A DNA stretch of 64,000 nt from Eledone cirrhosa. Taxonomy: Eukaryota. The position numbers were made by a program, and so were the translations under genes. Position 1 is the first letter of the stretch. Each line of letters starts with the position of its first letter. The stretch lies in contig OZ024753.1 in the NCBI GenBank assembly GCA_964016885.1, positions 45,260,001 to 45,324,000 of the forward strand, written 5' to 3'. Shown here in pieces: positions 54,104 to 64,000 of this stretch. The notes under the pieces were generated by a model that was given only the letters and a program-made list of their open reading frames with translations, had not been told where the DNA came from and did no database searches.

Positions 54104-57100
54104 TAGATAGATAGGGAGGTAGAGAGAGAGGGAGGCTTCAGAGAAGGGGAGCGGGAGAGAGAAGGTGGGGGTCTAGAGAGAAAGTATAGAGTACTTACAT
54201 GGTTACCAAGCTGGGTGGTGTGACGGAACAAGTCCATAGCATCATCATGGCCAACAGTATCAGCAATAAATGCCTACAGGAAACCAACAAGACATTCACT
54301 ATATATCTCTACAGGAAACCAACAAGACATTCACTATATATCTCTACAGGAAACCAACAAGACATTCACTATATATCTCTACAATTTCAATAAGATATCA
54401 AATCAAATAAAAGTTCTTTAAGAAAATTTATTCATATTAAAAAAAACCCCAATGATTTTAAAATGTTTATCATATAGTTCTGTATGAGCAAGACACGGTC
54501 ATCTGACTCGATTTACCTCAAGTAGGATAACCCGTCTAACCCATGCTAACATGGAAATGGTCGTTAAACGATGATAATGATATCCATATATTAAATAAAT
54601 TTTTCCATTCTGATTTTATTTAACAAAATTTTATTAAGCATTGTTTTAAATATCAGTTTATTAATGAAAGAGTTAGTTATTTTACTAAATCCCCTCAAAT
54701 ATTTGATTATTTTCAACATTGAGTGAAATATTAGCAATAGAGAGACAACAAGGGCTGAGATAAGCATTGTTTAACATACAAACTGCTACTAACCTGTCCA
54801 ATCCAACAGGCGATATAGTTAGGATCAAGACTCTGGGCCACTTTGAAGGCTTCATGGGCAAGCTGGAATATATAAGAGAGAGATTGGTATTAGAAAGAAC
54901 AACCAACAGTAGAAACCATGACAGGTAGGGAATGTATGAACAAGACAAGGTCCTCTGACAACTCTAGGCTGAGAACATGATAGATATGGTACATATAAAC
55001 AAGACAAGGTCCAGATATTTCTAGGCTGAGAACATGACACTGTCTTACCTACGTCAGATTAAACAGGTAATGTAAAAGCAATAATTGTTTCTACTTTAGG
55101 CACAAGGCCAGCAATTACCCAGTGCATTACTGCTACTTTATTTTATCGACCCTGTAAGGATGAAAGGCAAAGTCAACCTCGGCGGGATTTGAACTCAGAT
55201 CGTAAAGGGACGTAACTATGCAGGAAAGCAAGGCGTCCGACCCTCTACCGATACTACCAATCCACCGCCCAATGTAAAAGCAATAATGGTGATTATACAG
55301 AACTGTGTGTGTTTGTGTCAACAAGGTGTGTCACATAATGTGGTCTCACCAAGAGGTCTGTTAAGACTATCACGTCATGTGGTACCACTAACACACCTGT
55401 CAACACCATCATACAATATGGTACCACTAACACACCATCATACAACATGGTACCACTAACACACTTGTCGACACACCATCGTACAACATGGTACCACTAA
55501 CACACCTGTCAACACTCCAACAATGCAAAGTTGCCAATTTACCTGAAGATTTTCGTTCCGCAAGTAAAGAGCTCCCAAATTCGTCCAAGGTACAACATTC
55601 TGTAACAGAAATATCATATATATTTCACAAGGTGTTGGTCAGCCAGAGAGGCTATAAGTACCAAATACTTTGTTCAAGATAATTAAACTGTCATGGAAGG
55701 TGTGTTGCTCCAGCAGGGGAGTAGTCGTCCAATAAACCAGTAAATGAAATAATACTTACATTTTTGTCTAGTTCAATAGATTTGGCAAAACAGTGCTGGG
55801 CCAACTTTGGGTTGTAGACAACTAAAGAGAGAAATAAGAGAAGACAACATCAGTGTGTGTGTGTCTGTGTGTGTGTGTGTGTAGCTGTCTGTGTGTGTGT
55901 GAGGAATAAATGTAACATTAACACAAGGCCATCAATTTGCTGAAAGTTGATTATATAAACCCCAGTACTTAATTTTATCCCCAGTCATACTTCCAATACC
56001 TCTAATATACTACCACCACCACATACTTCTGTTACCTCCAACATACCACCACCAGCACTTTCATACCTCTAATATACCACCACCACCACCCACTTCTGTA
56101 ACCTCCAACATACCACCACCACTTTCATACCTCCAACATACAACCACCACACTCCTCTCTTACCTCCAACATACCACCACCACCACCAACAGTGCCACCC
56201 TAGCCCTACCCATACCACCTAATAATCCAATAATCCAACGTTGACATACCTGAACAAGCAGCCACTCCCAGGGCGTTCCAGTGTTGGAAATTCAGGGGGT
56301 CAAGTACGATGGCCTGTTTTAAGGCCTCAATAGACCTCTTGGCCTTTACATGGACCTCGGTTACATTGAACCTGCCCTTCTTGGCGTACATCTCCTCCGT
56401 TCCTTTAGACTGGTACATGAAGTTGATCCCAAGATCATGCCACAACGAAGAACATTCTGGGTAACATTTGATTGCTTTCGCATAACACCTGCACGAGAAA
56501 ATAACACAGGTAAAGGTAATTAAAGATTGTTAGACAGGTATAGGTAATTAAAGATTGCTAGACAGGTATAGGTAATTGATGATTGTTAGACAGGTATAGG
56601 TAATTGATGATTGTTAGAGAGGTGTAGGTAATTGTTGATGATTGTTAGACAGGTGTAGATGATTGTTAGACAGGTGTAGGTGATTGTTAGACAGGTGTAG
56701 GTGATTGTTAGACAGTGTAGGTGATTGTTAGACAGGTGTAGGTGATTGTTAGACAGGTGTAGGTGATTGTTAGACAGGTGTAGATGATTGTTAGACAGGT
56801 GTAGGTGATTGAGGATTGCTAATCAAGTGTCTTCAACATATCATTCAAACAGGATGTCATTAACTCAGGAACTGCCTAGTCAACATCATCATCATCATCA
56901 TGTTAAGACCATTTACCATGCTGACATCAGTTGGATGATTCATTATGGCCTAACACCAGCCCCTCAAGAACAATGTGTTAGATGCCGTGTAGTGGAATAG
57001 ACACTGGAGTACGCAGTGTTGACATGATTCAGACCAGGTCTATGTTTGAAACATGTGGGAACATCTGTAAGATGTAAACCTCTGGTTCATCTGAGAGGTC

Positions 57101-58057
57101 AGTAACTCCACTTGAATACTGAACTATCTGAAACAACTCATCCAACCCTTGCTAACTGGGAAAATAAATGGTAAACGATGATGAAAGTGATGATGATGAA
57201 AAGTCTTACTTTGATCCAAGATCCAGCATATCTAATTTTTTTAGAGGCGACTTATCTTCAGGATTTGGAGAATTTGCCTGCAGAAGTTTACAAGGAATCA
57301 TCACTTTTCTGGAATAAATAAAATAGAATGATAAATAAATAAATAACAATTATATAAAATATTTTTTTCCGCAAATATCTGAGATGAAATATTGTAAATG
57401 ACCGATGTTCAAGTAACTCTGCCAATCTACCCATGGCCCACTCACCATACAATACAATAATATATATAGGGTAATGTAGATGTTATGTGAGATATTATGT
57501 GAGGTAAAGCCTTTACTGTGAAAATACAATAGTATATATAGGGTAATGTAGATGTTATGTGAGATAAAGCCTTTACTGTGAAAATACAATAGTATATATA
57601 GGGTAATGTAGATGGTAAAGGGTTAAACACTTCAGTATTTGTTCTGGTTCTCTGTATCGTAGAACCTGGGGCAGTTTCATGTTGTTTGGTAACAAAAGTA
57701 TTTTTAAACAAAAGGTAAAGAAAAGCCAGAATGACTCACCTGAAGCTGTTTGTATCAACAACCATTAATATGGTGCAGGCATCACCTAACATTTTCCACA
57801 GACATGATAAATCAGGACGTTGACTTGCTGCTCTATAATACACACATTACATTATTATTATTATTAGTTTTATTATGCATCATCATTAGTTTCATTTTCA
57901 TTGTACTGTTGTCATGCCATTACTGAGCATAGCTCTGTGGGCCTTGGGTATGTGCAGTGTGGTTTTTGGTGGTGTTGTTTCTACTGTATTGAGAATACTT
58001 TTTGTAATATGTGTACAGTGCCTAGTGGTACTATTTTCTGGATGCTGTATGTGTTTA

Positions 58058-58099
<42 letters not shown>

Positions 58100-58265
58100 G
58101 AAATGCAATAGCAGCCGAAGTGTATGATAATATATGTTGGTGCAGTTTCGGTTACACATACTGTATTTATACAGATTTAACTTTATCATATATATATATA
58201 TATCCAAGGGCGGTGCCCCAGCATGGCCTCAGCCGGATGGCTGAAACAGGTAAAAGAGTAAAAGA

Positions 58266-58357
<92 letters not shown>

Positions 58358-61300
58358 AGATAAGACAAGTTTAAAGTGATAAAGAAATCCTCCAAAAGAG
58401 AGGGAGGGTGCTTTACCTTGTTAGATAAGATATAGCCTCTTCACAGGTGTCCAGTATACGGTCATCAAGGAAGCGATTGATAAAGGATTTGGACTGCAAC
58501 AGCATAGTCTCACCAATTCCTGTATAACAGAATATTTAAGTATGAATTAGTAACAGGTGTGGTTGTATGGTTTCAGGTTTAGTCCTACAGTGTGGCACCT
58601 GAGGTAAATGTCTTCTACTATAGCCTTGGGTCAAGCATTGCCTTCAGAGGGAAATTTAGTAGATGGAACATGTGTAGAAGCCTGCCACTTATACACTTAT
58701 ATATATACCCAGTTCCAATGACAAGACTGGTCAACTCAAGACTACGATAAAGACATTTGTCTAGACAATGCCAGACCTTTAAATTACAGTTGTAATCCAG
58801 CCAACAGTTGACGACTACCCAGTTCCAATGACAAGACTTTGGTCAACTCAAGACTACAATAAAGACATTTGTCTAAGATATCACACTATGTGACTGAACA
58901 CAACACAGCACCTCATAGTTACAAAGTGAAGTTGTTATCTCCTTTGTCATGTCTATTAATAATAATATTGTTACCTTTCAAGGCAGGAACATAGTTGGGC
59001 TCCTTCTCTAGAATTAGTTTATATTCAGTCACTGCTTCAGCATATAAACCAAGAGTTTGTTTAATAGAAGCAATCCTGGAGAATAGAGGAGAAAACATCA
59101 ATATTGTCACTGTCTTGATAATAACATGTGTGTGTGTATACATATATATACATATGTATGTATGTATGTGGAAAGTAAACAGAAAAACACAATAGACAAT
59201 GAAGTACAAGGAAGATATATTTTAGTTTCATGCTTAATATAGTAGGAAAAGTCTTAACGTTTCAGTCGCTAGTCTTTCATCAGGAAAGTGAGCAAGAAAA
59301 GTAGAAATGAAGAAAATTTCACGATATATATATATATATAGATATATATATATAACCCATGCTAACGTAGAAAGTGGACGTTAAACAATGATAATAATGA
59401 TGATATATATATATATATTAACTTACATGTACTGGCTGTAAATAGAGTCAGGATCAAGCTGAAAAAAAAAAAAAAAAAATTGTTGATTGCCATGGTTACC
59501 AGATAAACAATATAGTTCCAATATTGTTATATCAATATTAACAATATTGATTTTTTTAAAAACTTGAGTAAGGCATTTTATTTTTTTACATAAGACCAAA
59601 TATAACAGGATTTATGAAGTCATGCTGTTGTGTTGTTGGCATTAAGAAGGACATCCAGTCACAGAAACCCTGACAAAACAAACATGCTAGCAAGACCTAG
59701 TCACCTGACAGATCTGGCCTCAGTATGTGACAGCATGGAAAATAGACATTAAAACAGTAATAATTGTTTCTACTTTTGGCACAAGGCCAGCAATTACCCA
59801 GTACATTACTGGTACTTTATTTTATCGACCCCGTAAGGATGAAAGGCAAAGTTAACCTCGGCGGGATTTGAACTCAGACCGTAAAGGGACGTAACTATGC
59901 TAGAAAGCATGGCGTCCAACCCTCTACCGATACTGCCAATTCACCGCCCAATGATGATGATTCATATATGCTTATATATAACCCCTTAGTTTTGCAGGGG
60001 ATGGGGGTTGCCACTTTAGAAATCAATTCATCTGTACTTACTTCAGTGACTTTAGTAAATGCCTTTAAAGCCGCTGTGTAACTTCCTCGGTTCATGTATG
60101 CCTCCCCAAGACACTCCCATATATGGCTGTACACAGAAAATAGAAATATAAACATTTAATTAATATTTTCTTTTTAATTTACAAGATGTGGTAGTGCTGG
60201 GTCAATAATTAGAGAGGAGTTAGGGTACAGAAAAAAGAATATATATATTTATATTCAAAGTACAGTAACCTAATTAACTAGAGTTAATTATATATATTAT
60301 AATTAACTCTAGTTAATTCCTTCACTATGTCAATATAGTGTTAAATCAACAGTAGGGTTTCTGAAATACTTACAAATCCAAGGGGTCAGTCCGTAGAGCA
60401 GCCTGGAAAGAAACCACGGCACTATTGGAATCATCATTCTTCAAATGTTTTAACCCTAACCGTAACCAGGCCCATTTAGCACTGAAATAAACACAGACAA
60501 TAAAACAACATAAACACAACACATATAATAATACTTGTACATATGTCACCCCTCATCCAGGGGGGGTTAAACTTATTCCAACCACTTCACCGTCATCACA
60601 ATCAGAGCCTGATTGTGTATGGTTGATCACAGATATCTGATGCTGATATTGCAGCTATAAATATGTAGTTATAAATATTGTATATATATATATGTAGATA
60701 CCATTATATATATATAACTATGCAGATATATGTTGATATTGTAGATATAAATATGTTGATATTGTAGATATAAATATGTTGATATTGTATATATAAATAT
60801 GTTGATATTGTAGATATAAATATGTTGATATTGTAGATATAAATATGTTGATATTGTAGATATAAATATGTTGATATTGTATATATAAATATGTTGATAT
60901 TGTATATATAAATATGTTGATATTGTAGATATAAATATGTTGATATTGTATATATAAATATGTTGATATTGTATATATAAATATGTTGATATTGTATATA
61001 TAATTATGTTGATATTGTATATATAAATATGTTGATATTGTATATATAATTATGTTGATATTGTATATATAAATATGTTGATATTGTATATATAAATATG
61101 TTGATATTGTATATATAAATATGTTGATATTGTATATATAATTATGTTGATATTGTATATATAAATATGTTGATATTGTATATATAAATATTTGATATTG
61201 TATATATAAATATGTTGATATTGTATATATAAATATTTGATATTGTAGATATATGTTGATATTATAGATATAAATATGTAGATATATGTTGATATTCATC

Positions 61301-63882
61301 ATCATCATCATCATTTTTACATCCGCTTTTCCCTGCTTGCAAGGGTGGGACGGGAACTGATTCTGGCTTGATTTCTACAGCTGGATGCCCTTCCTAACAC
61401 CAACCTCATTTACAGTGAGTGCTGGGTGTTTTTTTGCCGTGGCACCTCCACGACCACTTTGCAGTGGAATGATAGGGACCCTAGTCCTATCATCTCATTT
61501 CTACAGCTGAGTAAACTGGAGCAATGTGAAATAAAGTGTCTTGCTCAAGGAAACAACACATCACCCGGTCCGAGAATTGAACTCACAACCTTTCGATTGC
61601 AAGGCCAATGCTCTAACCACTAAGCCATGTGCCTCCATATTATGGATATAAATATGTAGATATATGTTGATATTATAGATATAAATGTTGTATATATGCT
61701 AGTGTGGAAAATAGACATTAAACGACAATGGTGATGGTTGTAGATATAAATTGATATTGTATATATAAAGTGTAGATATAAACATGTATATAGATGAACT
61801 TTACACCCTACCCTCATAACTGGATTATTAGTTTGTTAAGAATATATATATCTTACTTACCCACCGGGACCAGCTTTGTCAGTCACAGACTTCAAATATT
61901 CTAAAACTTGCTCCTGAAAAGAAATACCAAATTCATCATTTTAAGAAATAAAGGGTTCAATTGAAAACAATTAGTTGTGATATGTTTATCAAATACTGTT
62001 GTTGTTTAGCCCAAGGCTAACACTGACTGACCAGAACTATGATTAAAAGCATCCCACCCATGACCATTCCATCTGTGTGGGGTATTTATTTAATATTCCA
62101 ATCACTTTGTTTAAGATCGTTTGTTTTATTTGTGGTGTATCTGGCTGCTATCACTAGCAGCTCATGAGACCAGGTAGTGGGACTGTCATTGGCTATAAAT
62201 ACTGGCTCTCTCTTTCAGATAGACCAGCATTTTTAGATAGATAGAGTATCGATTTAGAAAGATAGACCCGTATCACAACAGGACAACTCGTCTAACCCAT
62301 GCTAGCATGGAAAATGGATGTTAAACAGTGATGATAATCATAATGATAAGACCATCTGTTTAGAAAGATAGACCATCACTTCTGCCAAGTATTTCCATGT
62401 TAGCATGGGTTGTATATGACATTCTGAAGTAATACAGCAGGCCACACCAAGACAGTCAGTGAGACCAGGAATAAAGACACCCATACTGACCTCTCCATCA
62501 TCTCCAGCGTCCATCATGATATCACAGAATGCTGCACCAACATCAGAATTTTCCGGATCAAGATTAAAAGCCTTTTGATAACATTTTCTGGCCTTTCTGT
62601 AATAAACAAATGAAATTAATACTATAATATAATATACAAATAGAAGATACAAAATATATATATATTTCTGTGTGTGTGCATGTGTCTATATATATGTATG
62701 TGTGTGTGTTTGTGTATATACAGGGTGTCCATAAAGTCTGCATGCAATTTAAAATACTTGTAGTGTTGTAACTATACACAGACTTTATGGACCCTATATA
62801 TATATATATAAAGTTATGTAATAAACAACATAAGACAATTATTCTATTTACCAGGTTTCACGAAGACAGATGAGCTCGACACAGGCGTCTGAAATCGTTC
62901 ATCAGAATGAAATTTTATTTGATGTGGATGTAGCCTACATAAAGCACTCTCCTTTCCTTTACCTTTCCTACGGAAACACTTATATATATTTATATATAGT
63001 ACTGTGAAGACCTGTTCAACCCTTCCTAGCAGGGAAAGCAGACATTAAACGATGATCAAGTGTTTAAGTGTGTTGGGGTGAGTATGTGCATATATAAATC
63101 TATAGGTACTGCCCTCCCTTCTCAAATTTACAAATACAGAAAAGAAGTAAGCATACTACAGCATCACACACACATCAAGTTCATAGATGAAAGCCTCCTA
63201 CTCACTCTTTGTCTTGCTGTATATGAAGATAGAAGTGTCCGAGATATAAAAATATCTCACAGTTGTAAGGATCCAGCTTGGCAGCCTAAAACAACAAAAT
63301 AGAAAGACTTATATAAAATAGTTTCTATACATAAACAGTGAAAATAAACTCCAGGAGTGAAAACTGAGGTTTCTGGTGAACAACTGGCATAACCAAAAGA
63401 CATTCCTGGCATCTTGGCCCCTACAGGGTATCAAGAATTCTGCGAGGGGTTGTCAGGTCCCTGAGCCTTATTGCTCTTGAGTTGACCTCACACACCCTAC
63501 TCCTGTTGGTTACAACACCTGGGGGATGTAACACGGTGAGTGCCCAGATCTCCCACCCACCTGAGAGTGTGGACCTCACACACCCTAATCCCATTACGGT
63601 GAGTTCGTTACAACACCTGGGAGATGTCATATAATTGTTGTTTTATACAAATGAAGAAGACTATAAAGGCCACTTATAAAAATAGATGGCATTATATAAG
63701 GCAGGTAATGACTAGCAGAAGAGTCTGGTAAAATTACCTGAAGGAAATATTTGAAACTCTTCTCAGAATAGTTACTGCTCTCTTGATTATCTGTGTGAGT
63801 GGTAGTTATTTGCCAACAGGTACGACCAGCCATGAGAAGAAACTTGCTGTTTTCAGGAGAGTCTGACACAGCAACTAAAAGT
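41856..63882 (-). CDS. TTC37: Tetratricopeptide repeat protein 37 / SKI complex subunit Ski3; 32 exons in window, 5' part outside window
   Basis: 32 GT-AG exons join in one frame (3424 nt, about 1140 aa). Motifs recalled from human TTC37/SKIC3: [115 protein letters not shown]. Confidence 0.93.
42157..42868 (+). mobile_element. CR1-clade LINE 3' remnant in the last TTC37 intron
   Basis: [46 protein letters not shown] with stops and frameshifts; (ATTGA)n + A-rich tail. Confidence 0.88.
43196..43331 (-). CDS. TTC37: TTC37 exon 31
   Basis: ttctag|...|gtatat; [45 protein letters not shown]. Confidence 0.85.
43860..43993 (-). CDS. TTC37: TTC37 exon 30
   Basis: ctatag|...|gtaagt; [44 protein letters not shown]. 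Confidence 0.85.
44140..44203 (-). CDS. TTC37: TTC37 exon 29
   Basis: tttcag|...|gttagt; [21 protein letters not shown]. Confidence 0.87.
44525..44613 (-). CDS. TTC37: TTC37 exon 28
   Basis: cctcag|...|gtatat; [29 protein letters not shown]. Confidence 0.85.
44752..44895 (-). CDS. TTC37: TTC37 exon 27
   Basis: ctttag|...|gtaagg; [24 protein letters not shown]...GGLLSFWQ. Confidence 0.85.
45179..45282 (-). CDS. TTC37: TTC37 exon 26
   Basis: ctgtag|...|gtcaga; [35 protein letters not shown]. Confidence 0.82.
45429..45569 (-). CDS. TTC37: TTC37 exon 25
   Basis: tttcag|...|gtaaga; [47 protein letters not shown]. Confidence 0.85.
46031..49070 (-). mobile_element. RTE-clade LINE, 5'-truncated inside the APE endonuclease, in TTC37 intron 45570-49482
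   Basis: Open frame 49070-46338: APE motifs ([30 protein letters not shown]) and RT motifs ([34 protein letters not shown]). 3' UTR ends in (ATG)n; both ends abut (TA)n. Confidence 0.95.
46338..49070 (-). CDS. RTE ORF (partial APE + RT + PHD-like Zn finger), about 910 codons, no native start
   Basis: ORF-track 831 aa plus 79 upstream in-frame codons with no stop. Confidence 0.85.
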   Translation of the reverse strand: MSAYAPQSGLPDELKDRFYESLIHTTALTDDKDFLIIAGDFNGHVGKHCDGFNRVHGGHGVGTRNEEGFRLLEFCDANDMSICNTNFKKPDNHLITYRSGEHSSQLDFILIRGRDRWTVVNTKAFPSEECTSQHSLVVSDLTVRTRRALKQRPTWRRKIWKLKVPSTSNRFKDILLNAYDSKEEQIETFNVEENWEFLKNNLLEATDEVCGWSKTSSRRRVTWWWNNKVDEAVKAKRQAWKEWKNGGSRVHYIETKREARRQVYLARREAEDRKFKHVLQREDQKHEVFKIARQCVRDSCDVIGEKCIRNDKGELALTSAEKKDAWKSHYDRLLNEENAWEEETLPHVDPIEGPAVQVSGSVVSKAIRDMKIGKATGPSGIAAEMLKASGSVGHTITTRIVNQVILEGAIPKDWCSSIIVNCYKGKGDALDRGNYRGIKLMDQVMKVTERVIAQLIRDRVNIDEMQFGFVPGKGTTDALFLVRQLQEKYLAKSKPLYLAFVDLEKAFDRVPRAVIWWALRKLGVDEWLVKAVQAMYRGAVSKVRIGNEYSEEFSVQVGVHQGSVLSPLLFIIVLQAITEEFKTGCPWELLYADDLALIAESMVELENKFQTWKQGLERKGLKVNMTKTKVLISRRENRTQIPSGKWPCSVCRKGVGRNSILCPKCKQWVHKRCSGISGSLIKNVGFTCSSCAETASKQPQETSTTNLWEGPVETVDSFCYLGDRISNGGGCSESTITRVRTGWKKFRELLPLLAAKGFSLRMKGRLYDACIRTAMLHGSETWALKVEDLRRLERNEACMLRWMCNSNIRERQSINELRERLSIRGIKCCVQERRLRWYGHVMRMKDDSCIKRCRALEVDGNRGVGRPKMTWDEVIKADLTQLHLSKSMTHDRDFWRHAVIQGTRPPMGTC
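49150..49326. repeat. 64-bp inverted repeat
   Basis: Arms 49150-49213 / 49263-49326, 1 mismatch; inner ends TGAAACTGGTA. Confidence 0.9.
49483..49594 (-). CDS. TTC37: TTC37 exon 24
   Basis: ttacag|...|gtatgt; [37 protein letters not shown]. Confidence 0.87.
49816..49989 (-). CDS. TTC37: TTC37 exon 23
   Basis: tttcag|...|gtaagg; [29 protein letters not shown]...LDKSLNK. Confidence 0.88.
50369..50546 (-). CDS. TTC37: TTC37 exon 22
   Basis: ttccag|...|gtatac; [36 protein letters not shown]...AAEYFVK. Confidence 0.88.
50791..51380. repeat. Mixed 37/26-bp minisatellite with internal palindrome
   Basis: ggtacaccatatctgggtatatacca(ggtttagaata) units. Confidence 0.92.
51427..51544 (-). CDS. TTC37: TTC37 exon 21
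   Basis: ctgcag|...|gtaagt; [39 protein letters not shown]. Confidence 0.88.
51915..52042 (-). CDS. TTC37: TTC37 exon 20
   Basis: catcag|...|gtcagt; [42 protein letters not shown]. Confidence 0.87.
52162..52245 (-). CDS. TTC37: TTC37 exon 19
   Basis: ctctag|...|gtgagt; [27 protein letters not shown]. Confidence 0.85.
52566..52659 (-). CDS. TTC37: TTC37 exon 18
   Basis: tttcag|...|gtacgt; [31 protein letters not shown]. Confidence 0.88.
53179..53523 (-). mobile_element. Same tRNA/RTE-tail SINE
   Basis: Full-length copy flanked by (TA)n. Confidence 0.85.
53610..53751 (-). CDS. TTC37: TTC37 exon 17
   Basis: atgcag|...|gtatgt; [47 protein letters not shown]. Confidence 0.92.
54199..54273 (-). 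CDS. TTC37: TTC37 exon 16
   Basis: ctgtag|...|gtaagt; [25 protein letters not shown]. Confidence 0.92.
54274..54378. repeat. 3 x 35-bp tandem duplication of a splice acceptor
   Basis: ctacaggaaaccaacaagacattcactatatatct x3. Confidence 0.95.
54794..54862 (-). CDS. TTC37: TTC37 exon 15
   Basis: ttccag|...|gttagt; [23 protein letters not shown]. Confidence 0.92.
55081..55270 (-). mobile_element. tRNA-derived SINE with Nin/Deu-like central domain
   Basis: A/B boxes, then gcctttcatcctt..gggtcgataaaataaagta, ending gtagaaacaattat; further copies near 370-930, 15784, 20760, 26730, 33440, 50170, 52815. Confidence 0.75.
55543..55599 (-). CDS. TTC37: TTC37 exon 14
   Basis: ttacag|...|gtaaat; [19 protein letters not shown]. 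Confidence 0.9.
55760..55821 (-). CDS. TTC37: TTC37 exon 13
   Basis: ctttag|...|gtaagt; [20 protein letters not shown]. Confidence 0.9.
56250..56488 (-). CDS. TTC37: TTC37 exon 12
   Basis: gtgcag|...|gtatgt; [23 protein letters not shown]...[18 protein letters not shown]. Confidence 0.92.
56505..56811. repeat. About 18-30-bp minisatellite
   Basis: gattgttagacaggt(g/a)tagg(t) units. Confidence 0.9.
57210..57308 (-). CDS. TTC37: TTC37 exon 11
   Basis: ttccag|...|gtaaga; [32 protein letters not shown]. Confidence 0.87.
57740..57832 (-). CDS. TTC37: TTC37 exon 10
   Basis: ttatag|...|gtgagt; [29 protein letters not shown]. Confidence 0.9.
58417..58519 (-). CDS. TTC37: TTC37 exon 9
   Basis: atacag|...|gtaaag; [34 protein letters not shown]. 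Confidence 0.88.
58975..59075 (-). CDS. TTC37: TTC37 exon 8
   Basis: ctccag|...|gtaaca; [33 protein letters not shown]. Confidence 0.9.
59427..59458 (-). CDS. TTC37: TTC37 exon 7 (32-nt micro-exon)
   Basis: poly-T cag|...|gtaagt; [10 protein letters not shown]; phases match both neighbours. Confidence 0.88.
59761..59950 (-). mobile_element. Nin/Deu-domain SINE copy
   Basis: Near-identical to 55081-55270. Confidence 0.75.
60042..60126 (-). CDS. TTC37: TTC37 exon 6
   Basis: gtacag|...|gtaagt; [28 protein letters not shown]. Confidence 0.92.
60374..60481 (-). CDS. TTC37: TTC37 exon 5
   Basis: tttcag|...|gtaagt; [35 protein letters not shown]. Confidence 0.92.
60720..61295. repeat. 23-bp AT-rich minisatellite
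   Basis: atataaatatgttgatattgta(g/t) units. Confidence 0.9.
61297..61636 (-). mobile_element. Same tRNA/RTE-tail SINE
   Basis: Full-length copy, nearly identical to 53179-53523. Confidence 0.85.
61861..61913 (-). CDS. TTC37: TTC37 exon 4
   Basis: tttcag|...|gtaagt; [17 protein letters not shown]. Confidence 0.88.
62491..62596 (-). CDS. TTC37: TTC37 exon 3
   Basis: ttacag|...|gtcagt; [35 protein letters not shown]. Confidence 0.9.
62842..62911 (-). ncRNA. Type I hammerhead motif with intact core (family E), in a TTC37 intron, sense orientation
   Basis: TTCATT-CTGATGA-ACGA...TCGT-GAAA-CC T GG-TA-AATAGAA. Confidence 0.6.
63206..63285 (-). CDS. TTC37: TTC37 exon 2
   Basis: ttttag|...|gtgagt; [26 protein letters not shown]. 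Confidence 0.9.
63738..63882 (-). CDS. TTC37: TTC37 exon (window exon 1)
   Basis: cccacag|...|gtaatt; [23 protein letters not shown]...SFKYFLQ. Confidence 0.85.
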
Positions 63883-64000
63883 CTGTGGGAAGAGAGAAAC
63901 AAGTTACTGAATATTGGCTTTATAATTAGATTTACAAACAACATAATTAAGTTGGTGTTTGGAACATAACTTAACAAATGTCCTTACAGTTATGATGACA

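Overview
Eukaryotic, AT-rich, microsatellite-saturated genomic DNA. The SINE/LINE repertoire and (TA)n/(CA)n density suggest an octopus (coleoid cephalopod) genome (inference). Almost all ORFs in the six-frame track are microsatellite artefacts. The right third holds 32 phase-consistent minus-strand exons (about 1140 aa, including the stop exon) of TTC37/SKIC3 (Ski3); its 5' part lies beyond the window. One TTC37 intron carries a young, 5'-truncated RTE LINE with an unbroken ~910-codon frame, and another carries a CR1-like remnant. The left 40 kb has no recognisable conserved gene, but it does contain minus-strand exon-like segments that splice in frame into a candidate orphan signal-peptide micro-protein, possibly with a second Pro-rich ORF. 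The main hidden signal is type I hammerhead ribozyme motifs of Penelope-like/retrozyme type: four complete families (five counting one whose only full copy has a core mutation) plus several 3' half-motifs. Three short inverted repeats have their hinge at the ribozyme core. There is also a near-perfect ~610-bp palindrome, SINE families, MITEs and several minisatellites. All calls were made by eye, with no database searches.
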